Part shown: in pieces, positions 1-7,500 of the stretch | Layout of the letters: the number at the start of each line of letters is the position of its first letter | How positions within the stretch are numbered: position 1 is the first letter of the stretch | DNA from: Pirellulales bacterium | Lineage (GTDB): Bacteria > Planctomycetota > Planctomycetia > Pirellulales > JAICIG01 | Length of the DNA stretch: 64,000 nucleotides | NCBI GenBank assembly: GCA_025927475.1 | Contig: JAICLL010000005.1 | Span: forward strand, 21,219-85,218 | Direction of reading: 5' to 3' | The notes under the pieces: generated by a model | Databases searched by the model: none | What the model saw: only the letters and a program-made list of their open reading frames with translations | Told to the model about the DNA's origin: nothing | Made by a program: the position numbers and the translations under genes

Positions 1-2
1 TA

Positions 3-890
3 TTGACGCTCTGGGCGGGCGGTTATGTGTCGCTTGAGCCGCAGCCGCCGCCCAAGGGCGAGGCAAACGGTCCAGCGCAGGCTGAGAAATCTGCGACCTC
101 GCCCGGCACCGGCGGAAAGGGCTTGTTGGGATTGCCAACCCACGCCGGTCCTGCGGCGGCGCCGCCGGTTGCGCCGCCGCGTTATTCGCCGACCCTGGCC
201 AAGCCAACCGAGACGTTGCCTCGCTTATTGCCGTTCCGCAGCGTCAATCCGCTTTACGGGGCGTTCCTGATCGAGCAGTTGGGAATCGCCGATGGCACCG
301 AGCGGCTGCAAGCGCTGGAAAGCGTCTTGGGCTTGCCCGGCCCGGTGTTGCGATATGTTCGCCCGCCGCGCGACCTGGCGCCCGGCCCGTTGGCGATGAC
401 CCGGCTCGACGGCGAACTGATTCGCCGCGGGCTGATGGCCGCGCCGCTGGAAGCCGATGACGACGAAGATCGCGACGATCGCGAGCCGCCCGAGCGTCCG
501 CCGAGCCTGGCCGAAAAGCTGCGACTGCTGTTTGATTCGCTTTATCCCGGCGTGGGCGAGTTCGAGACGCAGTCGGTCTGGGTGGCGGGCGAGTTATTCT
601 TCTTCGGCGGCCACTTCAACAACTACGTAAAGACTCGCGATCTGACGAAGCAAGAAGGGCTGATCTTTCGCCATCTGCTGCGGTTGATTTTGCTGTGCGA
701 GGAATTTGCGGCGCTGACCCCGCCCGACGTTTCGCCCGGCGATTGGCAGGCCGAGCTGCGCGAGCTGTCGCAGCGCTTGGCGGCAAGCTGCCGCGAGGTC
801 GATCCGGCCAGCACCGAGGAACTCATCGCCCAGGCCCACGCCGCCGATGTGGTCGAGGGAGAAGAGTCCGCGGCGACGCGCTCTCCTTAA
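3..890 (+). CDS. C-terminal part of a larger protein (5' end outside window); resembles the DUF3516-type C-terminal region of DEAD/DEAH helicases
   Basis: The ORF is open to the left window edge (295 codons). The segment QSVWVAGELFFFGGHFNNYVKTRDLTKQEGLIFRHLLRL recalls the DUF3516 helicase C-terminus from memory only. Confidence 0.5.
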   Translation: MTLWAGGYVSLEPQPPPKGEANGPAQAEKSATSPGTGGKGLLGLPTHAGPAAAPPVAPPRYSPTLAKPTETLPRLLPFRSVNPLYGAFLIEQLGIADGTERLQALESVLGLPGPVLRYVRPPRDLAPGPLAMTRLDGELIRRGLMAAPLEADDDEDRDDREPPERPPSLAEKLRLLFDSLYPGVGEFETQSVWVAGELFFFGGHFNNYVKTRDLTKQEGLIFRHLLRLILLCEEFAALTPPDVSPGDWQAELRELSQRLAASCREVDPASTEELIAQAHAADVVEGEESAATRSP

Positions 891-1460
891 CTAGATTTTT
901 TCGAGCAGGTAATCGTCGATCTCGACCGAGACGCCCTGTTGAATCAGGTTCACCGCGACCACCAGCCGGCATTTGCGGCGGCGCGAGACGACGGTGCCCT
1001 CGACTCCTTCCAGCGAGCCGCGGATCACCCGTACCCGGTCGCCTGGTTTGAGGCGGCTTTCGAGCGTCAGCGGCGCCTTGTATTCGATTAAGCGAGAAAT
1101 CTGCAACAGGTCTCGCGCCAATTCATCGGCGTTCTTCACCAGTAGCACCTGGGCGATCCGGTTGGTCGTCAGGCTGGTGTACCGCTCAGCTTCGTCACCA
1201 TACATGAAAAGGTAACTGGTGAAGAGCGGGATAAACGAGGTTCGCTTCCGGCCGCGCACGATGGCCGTCTTTTCGACCTGTGGCAAATAAAACGGGATGC
1301 GATAGCCCAGCAGGTCACGAGCCAAGCTCTTTTCCTGTCGAGCCCTGGTGTGCACCACCCACCAACGGCGGTCGAGCGAAGCGTCCGCGAGGTCCGGTTC
1401 TTGCCAGTTGACGAGCAACCTCTCGGGGAAACAGTCGGTTTCGGCAGTTAGACTCGGCAT
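891..1460 (-). CDS. NusG/RfaH-family transcription antiterminator paralog 1 (NGN + KOW)
   Basis: NGN-like RRWWVVHTRARQEKSLARDL..IPFYLPQV and KOW-like PGDRVRVIRGSLEGVEGTVV. The ATG at 1460 is preceded by AGGAAG. The ORF track extends to 1607, but that extension is not matched in paralog 2. Confidence 0.85.
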   Translation of the reverse strand: MPSLTAETDCFPERLLVNWQEPDLADASLDRRWWVVHTRARQEKSLARDLLGYRIPFYLPQVEKTAIVRGRKRTSFIPLFTSYLFMYGDEAERYTSLTTNRIAQVLLVKNADELARDLLQISRLIEYKAPLTLESRLKPGDRVRVIRGSLEGVEGTVVSRRRKCRLVVAVNLIQQGVSVEIDDYLLEKI

Positions 1461-1663
1461 GGGTCTTCCTTTTGATTCAGTGGGTGCAAGCGTTGCTGTC
1501 ATCCTCTCCTTTTGGAAACCACCCAAACATACTAAGCTGCGACGGCCGAATTGTGAAGCAAAATCCGGCTCATTTAGAAATAAAGATGGGCCGGGGCAGG
1601 CAGGCACGGGCGCCTCGTATTAGGCGACGGGCTGCAAAACTTGACGCACTCAAGCGGTAGTCA

Positions 1664-2050
1664 TTATGACTTTTCGCCGGATCCGCCAAGCTTCTCGGTG
1701 GAATCGGCCATAAAAAACCGCGCCGATGTCTCGAAAAGGTCGCCAAACGCCTGTGACTGCGAAGCGGCGACAACGATCTCGACGATCTCCCCGGCCGGAG
1801 AAGGAATGCGCAGGGCAATCCGTTCGCTTCGAATGGGCTGGCCGTGGATAAACTGCAATTGGTAGTCGGTGATACTATGAACGATGGCCCAGATCCGCGA
1901 TTCGAGCGGAGGGGAGTCGCCATCAAGCTCGACGGCGGTAGCCAACAGGGGCTTCGAGCGAAGCACCGCGTCGGGGTTTGAGGGCGTGAGGCGGTTCATG
2001 AGTTCCACGACGTTGGTGATCCGCTTGCTGACTGACTCGGCCTGTTCCAT
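1664..2050 (-). CDS. small conserved hypothetical protein S1 (128 aa), paralog of 4080..4547
   Basis: It shares IALRI..GEIVEIV..GDLFETSARF with IAVRI..GEMIQVL..GDLYETQARF of the second copy and lies directly upstream of NusG-like paralog 1 on the same strand. Confidence 0.65.
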   Translation of the reverse strand: MEQAESVSKRITNVVELMNRLTPSNPDAVLRSKPLLATAVELDGDSPPLESRIWAIVHSITDYQLQFIHGQPIRSERIALRIPSPAGEIVEIVVAASQSQAFGDLFETSARFFMADSTEKLGGSGEKS

Positions 2051-2272
2051 GGTCGCTTTCCGTACTTTATCGCAAAACGCTGGCGCCCTACCCGCAGTTG
2101 CGGCAGCTCTGTTCTCGCCCCGTCGAAAGACGTTTGGCTTGGTCCGATGCGTCGTCCAAACGGCACATCGCTTTCAGCGCGGCAACGGGACTCGCCCAGC
2201 GGCCGACCCTGGCCCGCCGGCGCGCTTGAATCGCGCGTGGCGCACTCCGATAACGCGCGGAGCTCTTCCGCA

Positions 2273-2692
2273 CTAGGCTTGCGGAGGGCGCAAGTGATCG
2301 AAGAACGGCGAGGGAGGCAAGCGCAACGCGCGCTCCTCCCACAGGCCGGCAATCAAACCCGGCGAAGGAAGACCGCAGGTCTGCGGCAATACGGCCGTCG
2401 AACCCGCCATGCTTGATGTCGTGTTCGAGGAAGATCCAGAACTCGGTGATGAGGCACCTCGCGAAAAGTCAAGCAGATCGTTTTCGGCCGCACCTGCACG
2501 CTCGACGCGCGAACTGCCGCCCTGGCGCTGGGTCGCCGACATGCCAGCGCCGCAGACCTGGACCGAAACAATTAGGCCCCCCTGTGCCGGTTCCGCTATC
2601 GCCAAGGCGGCCACGACGAGCGCGGGCAAAGCCATCCAGCGCCCAAATGAGGCGAGAATTGGCCCCAGCCGTAGGATTAGGGAGGTAAACAT
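2273..2692 (-). CDS. small secreted Ser/Gly-rich protein, family member A (tail FFDHLRPPQA)
   Basis: Signal-peptide-like WMALPALVVAALAIAEPAQGG, an SSPSSGSSSNTTSS core, a single late Cys and a C-terminal LPPSPFFDHLRPPQA. ATG at 2692; the ORF track starts at a GTG at 2731. Confidence 0.6.
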   Translation of the reverse strand: MFTSLILRLGPILASFGRWMALPALVVAALAIAEPAQGGLIVSVQVCGAGMSATQRQGGSSRVERAGAAENDLLDFSRGASSPSSGSSSNTTSSMAGSTAVLPQTCGLPSPGLIAGLWEERALRLPPSPFFDHLRPPQA

Positions 2693-2734
2693 CTGGTTAC
2701 CCTGAGGGCGCACCGGTTCTCTCAAACGCACTAT

Positions 2735-2770
2735 ACCGTAATCGGTAATAGCCGCTTGTCAAGCGAATTC
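2735..2770 (-). promoter_or_regulatory. candidate promoter with palindromic -35 context upstream of family member A
   Basis: On the minus strand, GAATTCGCTTGACAAGCGGC (2770-2751), with TTGACA at 2762-2757, then TACGGT at 16 nt or TATAGT at 21 nt. Confidence 0.4.
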
Positions 2771-2788
2771 TCATACAATTCCCTTGCT

Positions 2789-4126
2789 TTAAGCCTTACG
2801 AATTCGCCCGCGACCTTCCCGAACATGGCGGGTGGCATTCCGCGTATCGACCACCAGGCGCGAGTGCCGTACGATCTGCTCGTAATCATAGACTGAGTGG
2901 TCCGTGGCAATCAGCACACAGTCTTGGCTGTTGAGAAACTGAGGGGTCAGCTCTTGGCTGGCCATCTCGGGCACGTTGTGATGCCGCATCTGCGGCAGGT
3001 GGGGAATGTGAGGATCATTGTAGGTGACGATCGCTCCCCGCGCCCGCAGCAGGTCGAGCAGCTCGAACGAAGGGCTTTCGCGCGGGTCATCGACGTCTTT
3101 CTTATAGGCCATGCCCAAGAGACAAATCCGGCTGCCTCGCAAAGGCTTGCTCTGCTCGTTGAGAAACTCGGCAATCCGCCCGACCACATACTCGGGCATG
3201 CGCGTGTTTACTTCGCCAGCCAGTTCAATGAAGCGCGTGGTCAGACCGTGGCGGCGGGCCAGCCAAGTGAGATAAAACGGGTCAATCGGAATGCAATGCC
3301 CGCCCAGGCCGGGACCGGGGTAAAACGCCTGAAAGCCGAAGGGCTTGGTCTTGGCCGCTTCGATCACCTCCCAAACGTCGATGCCCATTCGGTCGTAGAG
3401 CGTCTTCAACTCGTTGACCAGCGCGATGTTGACCGCTCGGTAGGTGTTTTCCAAGATTTTGCAGGCCTCGGCAACTTCCATGCTCGAGACGGAAACGACC
3501 TTGACCACGGCGTGCCCATAGAGCGCCGCCGCCAATTGCAGGCTTTCTGGATCCGCACCGCCCACCACCTTGGGAATTCGCGCGGCCGAGTAATCGGCGT
3601 TGCCCGGATCTTCGCGTTCGGGGCTGTAGGCCAGCCAAAAGTCGCTGCCCAACCCGAAGCCGCTTTTTTGCAGAATCGGCAGCACCACGTCGCGCGTCGT
3701 CGTGGGATAGGTGGTGCTTTCTAGTACGACCAACTGCCCTGGTCGTAGGGCGGCGGCGATGGCCGAGGCCGTTCCCTCGACATAAGTGAGATCGGGGTCG
3801 CGGCTTTCGGTTAGGGGCGTCGGCACGCAGATCAGCAGGGCGTCTGCCTCGGCCAGTCGCCGCATGTCGGCGGTGGCCTCGAACCTGCCGCCCGCCAGCC
3901 ATTGCGCAACGGTGGCCGAGTCGATGTGCTTGATATAGCTGCGACCGGCCTGAAGCGACTCGACCTTCCGCGGATCGACGTCGAAACCGAGACACGAGAA
4001 GCCCGACTGCGTAAAGGCGTGAATCAGCGGCAGGCCGACATAGCCTAGCCCGATCACCCCCACACGGGCCGTCTTGTTCTTAATCGCCGCTTCCAACCGA
4101 CGCAACGTAGTGACGGTCGGACTCAC
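2789..4126 (-). CDS. nucleotide-sugar 6-dehydrogenase (UDP-glucose/GDP-mannose dehydrogenase family; WbpA/TviB-like)
   Basis: N-terminal Rossmann motif VGVIGLGYVGLP and catalytic-Cys motif GLGGHCIPIDP; 445 aa, typical length. Confidence 0.9.
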   Translation of the reverse strand: MSPTVTTLRRLEAAIKNKTARVGVIGLGYVGLPLIHAFTQSGFSCLGFDVDPRKVESLQAGRSYIKHIDSATVAQWLAGGRFEATADMRRLAEADALLICVPTPLTESRDPDLTYVEGTASAIAAALRPGQLVVLESTTYPTTTRDVVLPILQKSGFGLGSDFWLAYSPEREDPGNADYSAARIPKVVGGADPESLQLAAALYGHAVVKVVSVSSMEVAEACKILENTYRAVNIALVNELKTLYDRMGIDVWEVIEAAKTKPFGFQAFYPGPGLGGHCIPIDPFYLTWLARRHGLTTRFIELAGEVNTRMPEYVVGRIAEFLNEQSKPLRGSRICLLGMAYKKDVDDPRESPSFELLDLLRARGAIVTYNDPHIPHLPQMRHHNVPEMASQELTPQFLNSQDCVLIATDHSVYDYEQIVRHSRLVVDTRNATRHVREGRGRIRKA

Positions 4127-4547
4127 TGCCAGCTCCTGGTTTGAAAGCGGAAGAAGGTGCCTTGGTTTCGTCTGGAATGAACCTAGCCTGCGTTTCGTAG
4201 AGATCGCCGGTTTTGCGCGATCGCCCGACCGAAAGCAGCACTTGGATCATCTCGCCGGTAATCAACGAAATGCGGACGGCGATTTGCTTGCTCGACATCG
4301 GTTGGGTATGGGTCAGCCGCATTCCGCGGGTGGTGACGCTGTGCAGCACCACCGAGAAGGGCGGGCCGGGCAATGAGATTCCACCGGCCAGGTTACCCGC
4401 CAACTCGCCGTGCAGTGGAACAGCCGACGCGGCCAGCGAAAGCTCACTTTGCTTTCGGGCGGCCTGGCCGGGCGCAATTCTCCGCAGCAAATCGCCAAAC
4501 GTCGTGGGACGCTCTTGCATCGAGTCGGCCTCCGTGCCCGCCTTCAT
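4080..4547 (-). CDS. small conserved hypothetical protein S2, paralog of 1664..2050
   Basis: C-terminal two thirds align with S1 (GDLYETQARF motif). The upstream part of the 316-aa ORF overlaps the plus-strand NusG gene and crosses an AT-rich tract, so the ATG at 4547 (or 4520) is preferred. Its stop overlaps the dehydrogenase start. Confidence 0.55.
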   Translation of the reverse strand: MKAGTEADSMQERPTTFGDLLRRIAPGQAARKQSELSLAASAVPLHGELAGNLAGGISLPGPPFSVVLHSVTTRGMRLTHTQPMSSKQIAVRISLITGEMIQVLLSVGRSRKTGDLYETQARFIPDETKAPSSAFKPGAGSESDRHYVASVGSGD

Positions 4548-4795
4548 GGCAGCGCCCCATGACAAAGCGGCTCTGAATATATGGCCTACCGAGAGAGGCC
4601 GCAAGCCCTGGTCAAAAAAATCGGGTTGTAACGATTCTTGCCGCGGAAACATGTTCTTGTGCCTGAAGTTGCGTTGTGACTTCCCCGCGGGGCGATCGGT
4701 CGTTACCATGGAGACATAGGTCGCTTCCCCAGTTGGAAGCTTTTTTACAGGGGGGCAGGTGCGGATGAGCGCCCTCTGCCAGGACGTGTTAGCGC

Positions 4796-5404
4796 ATGCC
4801 GATTCGCGGCCCAGAACTCCAGTGCTTTCCCCACGACCTGCTGACGTGCGGCGGGATCGACGCAGTTGCGTCTGGCTTCGTCGACCTCGCCGCAGAGGGC
4901 GTTGCAGAAACTTGCCGGGCCGGCCGCCGCTGGTGGGTCGTGCATACCAAGGCCCGCCAGGAGAAAAGCGTCGCTCGCGAGCTGCTCGATCGAGAGATTC
5001 CCTATTTCTTGCCGCAAATTCCCAAAACATCGGTCATCCGGGGTCGCCGCCGCACTTCGTACATTCCGCTGTTCACCGGCTACGTGTTCGTTTATGGCAG
5101 CGAACGCGAACGCCACGAGAGTCTGACCACGAACCGCGTGGCCAATACCCTGCCGGTTAACAACGCCGATGAGCTCACGCGCGACCTCCTCCAAGTTTGG
5201 CGTCTGATCGAGCAGAACGCTCCGCTAACCGTCGAGGCTCGATTGCGCCCTGGCGACCGCGTACGCGTGCGTGGCGGGGCCCTGGCCGGGGTGGAAGGCA
5301 CGGTGCTCGACCGCCGCGGCAAGTGCCGCGTGCTCGTGGCCGTGCGCCTCCTCCAGCAAGGCGTGTCGATGGAGATCGACGACTTTCTGCTAGAGCCAAT
5401 CTGA
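4796..5404 (+). CDS. NusG/RfaH-family transcription antiterminator paralog 2 (NGN + KOW)
   Basis: RRWWVVHTKARQEKSVARELL..IPYFLPQI and PGDRVRVRGGALAGVEGTVL. It shares the N-terminal E-x-x-CFP-x-x-LL motif with paralog 1. Confidence 0.88.
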   Translation: MPIRGPELQCFPHDLLTCGGIDAVASGFVDLAAEGVAETCRAGRRWWVVHTKARQEKSVARELLDREIPYFLPQIPKTSVIRGRRRTSYIPLFTGYVFVYGSERERHESLTTNRVANTLPVNNADELTRDLLQVWRLIEQNAPLTVEARLRPGDRVRVRGGALAGVEGTVLDRRGKCRVLVAVRLLQQGVSMEIDDFLLEPI

Positions 5405-5446
5405 CCGGGCCCGATTTGAGCGGGCCCGGTCTGAGCGGACTTTTTT
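5403..5446 (+). terminator. candidate intrinsic terminator between convergent genes
   Basis: A perfect 10-bp GC stem, GACCGGGCCC (5403-5412) / GGGCCCGGTC (5422-5431), with a TTTTTT run at 5441-5446. The T-run is 9 nt from the stem, so this is not a textbook terminator. Confidence 0.45.
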
Positions 5447-5462
5447 CGCCAAGATCTCCGGG

Positions 5463-6356
5463 CTACGTCGCCGCTAGGGCGAGGTCGTTACGCGCGGCAA
5501 GCTTGCGCCGCCGTCGGGTGACCGCGGCCAGGCCGAGAGCGCCTGCGCCCCACATGAACATGGTAGCTGGCTCTGGCGCCTGTGTGGGAATGTTGCCGTT
5601 CGAGGCGCTCAAACCCGACGTGCCGGAAAGCGATCCTGGGGCGTAGCTGGGGGCCGTGTTCGAGGTCAAGAACAAGACTGGCGAATAGGAATTTGCGGCC
5701 AGCAAGTGATTGCCGAAAAAGTTGGTCCACGAGAACGTCGCCGCGCCGCCGCTGCTGGTGCCGCCGAGCGAAAGGACGCCGGTCGGGGCGGTGGTGGCGA
5801 CTCCCGAATTCGTAAAGGGCGCCGCTGCATTCAAGCTCTGCCCGCTCACCGAGGGATAGTAATACTGTTGGTTGTCAGGCGGCGTGCCCGTCGGCTGCGT
5901 GCCGATGTACGGGTGCGCGTTGGTGACCGCCGTATCATTGAACACGTAGTTGTTCAACCACCCACCCGACGAGTAAGGGTTCGAATAGCTGTTGACATTG
6001 AAGTTGGCGATTGATCCGTTACCGGCAGCCGGTGCCGTGTTGACCACTTCATAAAAGAAAACGAACGACGCAGCGCTGTCGGCCGTATTGCCGCCGCTGG
6101 CGTCAAGCACACCAGCCAGATCGCTACTGGTGAAACCGAGTTGGCTCAGCCAGTTGCCGCCGTCTGCGCCGGTGTTTTGGTAGACGGCGAAATCGACCAC
6201 GCCGCCAGCCGAGGAACCGGCGTCGGCGAACTCAGTCCAGCCGGTAAAACCCGGCTGAAACTGGGCATTCGCCTGACCACAGAGGGCTGCCCAAGCGGCG
6301 ACGACCAGCAACGCCAGGGCGCGTAGACTCAATAGATTCGATACCACAAAACGCAT
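5463..6356 (-). CDS. PEP-CTERM sorting-domain secreted protein 1 (exosortase substrate)
   Basis: C-terminus QAPEPATMFMWGAGALGLAAVTRRRRK (PEP motif + TM helix + Arg cluster) and an N-terminal signal peptide. The ATG at 6356 is preceded by AAGGAG at 8 nt. Confidence 0.9.
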   Translation of the reverse strand: MRFVVSNLLSLRALALLVVAAWAALCGQANAQFQPGFTGWTEFADAGSSAGGVVDFAVYQNTGADGGNWLSQLGFTSSDLAGVLDASGGNTADSAASFVFFYEVVNTAPAAGNGSIANFNVNSYSNPYSSGGWLNNYVFNDTAVTNAHPYIGTQPTGTPPDNQQYYYPSVSGQSLNAAAPFTNSGVATTAPTGVLSLGGTSSGGAATFSWTNFFGNHLLAANSYSPVLFLTSNTAPSYAPGSLSGTSGLSASNGNIPTQAPEPATMFMWGAGALGLAAVTRRRRKLAARNDLALAAT

Positions 6357-6444
6357 GGAGATACTCCTTCGATACATACCCGTTCAACTTGTCGAGAAAC
6401 TTGCCGAAAAACAGCGACGCCGAAAAACAGCGCCGCCGCCGCGT

Positions 6445-6900
6445 CTAGGCAAGGCGACAAGGTGGGCGCAAAAAATCGAAGGTCGGCGGCGTGGGCAAGG
6501 CGGCATTGGCCCGCTCCAGGCATGCGCCATTCGGCTCCAACGAGCCCGACGAAACTCCCGCCGACAAGACAACCGCCAAGGTTGGGCCGCCGGACGTAGC
6601 CGATGTGCCCGCACCCGACGCGCCCGAAATCGGGCTGGCCGGTTGATCGACCTGCGAAGGATCGGCCTTCCGCGGTTCGCCATCTTGATCGGGCGAAACA
6701 TCGTCGGCGGCATCCGAGCCGATTTTGCCAGCCAGGTTCGCCGCGCGGGCCGAGGGAGAGGCCAGTTCTTCGGGCAACACGAAGCCCGCCTGGGCCTCGC
6801 TGGCAGCCAAGCCGAACAGCGCGAGCGCCAAGGCAAAGCCCGCCAGACCGCGTAGCGGTAGGCCCGAATTTCGACAGAACGTGTTAAGGTGGACAATCAT
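6445..6900 (-). CDS. small secreted Ser/Gly-rich protein, family member B (tail FDFLRPPCRLA)
   Basis: Signal peptide LAGFALALALFGLAASEAQAG, an acidic stretch, an SGASGAGTSATSGG core, a single late Cys and a C-terminal LPTPPTFDFLRPP. It lies directly upstream of PEP-CTERM gene 1. Confidence 0.65.
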   Translation of the reverse strand: MIVHLNTFCRNSGLPLRGLAGFALALALFGLAASEAQAGFVLPEELASPSARAANLAGKIGSDAADDVSPDQDGEPRKADPSQVDQPASPISGASGAGTSATSGGPTLAVVLSAGVSSGSLEPNGACLERANAALPTPPTFDFLRPPCRLA

Positions 6901-6914
6901 GACGATTGCGAGTT

Positions 6915-6943
6915 ACTTTAAGCGGCTCCGGCAGCCGTGTCAA
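6915..6943 (-). promoter_or_regulatory. candidate sigma70-type promoter for family member B / PEP-CTERM 1
   Basis: On the minus strand, TTGACA (6943-6938), a 17-nt spacer and TAAAGT (6920-6915). The ATG at 6900 would leave a very short leader. Confidence 0.4.
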
Positions 6944-7179
6944 GCGCCCGGCGGGCATTCAACGCCGTTTGCCGGTCCCCACCGTTTGCCGGTCCCGTTT
7001 GCTTGCAAAAAACAGCCCCCCATCGGCTCGCCTGCGTCGCAAGCTTGGCCGGCTCAATGGTTTGCCGCAACACCCGAAGCATCAATCTTGGCTTATGCAA
7101 GCGCTGGCTGGCATTCGGGGGTCGGCATTCGGGGGTAATGCTTCCTCGGTTTTTACTTTTTGCACGTTGAATTCCAAGT

Positions 7180-7363
7180 CCTCTCTCCGCATTGTCCCAC
7201 CAATCTGGCTTGGTGGGTTTTCCGGCTGAAAAAGGCACGATGGCACGCGTACCCATTGGCAAAATCAGACATGCCTGACTGTGCAACGTCCGCCGGGCGC
7301 CAAGGCCCTCTCTCCCCGCATTCTCTCAAGCAACTGGCTTGGTGGGTTTTCCGGCGGAAAAAC
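7180..7363. repeat. two copies of a ~56-bp direct repeat in a 600-bp spacer
   Basis: 7180-7235 and 7308-7363 share CCTCTCTCC(C)CGCATT..CTGGCTTGGTGGGTTTTCCGGC.GAAAAA. Copy 1 contains the hairpin CCCACCAA-N6-TTGGTGGG followed by TTTT. Confidence 0.7.
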
Positions 7364-7500
7364 GAGCTTTGCCAACCGCGGCGAGATGCGTAATGGGACA
7401 TGTCCCCATGTGCATAGCCCGGATGATTCGTCAGCCCGCACGAACATCCGGCATGGTCCAGCAAGAGACGGAATGGTAATGTATTCCGCTGTCCGGCGCA

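Noticed and set aside
1664-4547. PilZ-domain assignment for the small paralogs S1/S2
   Set aside because: S2 has RRIAPG and NLAGGISL segments vaguely like the RxxxR and D/NxSxxG motifs, but the spacing and residues do not fit, and S1 lacks both. I left the family unassigned.
7153-7464. 103-aa minus-strand and 77-aa plus-strand ORFs in the 6900-7500 spacer
   Set aside because: Their internal repetition simply mirrors the 56-bp DNA direct repeat. They lack a start context and coding-like composition, so I treated them as non-coding repeats.
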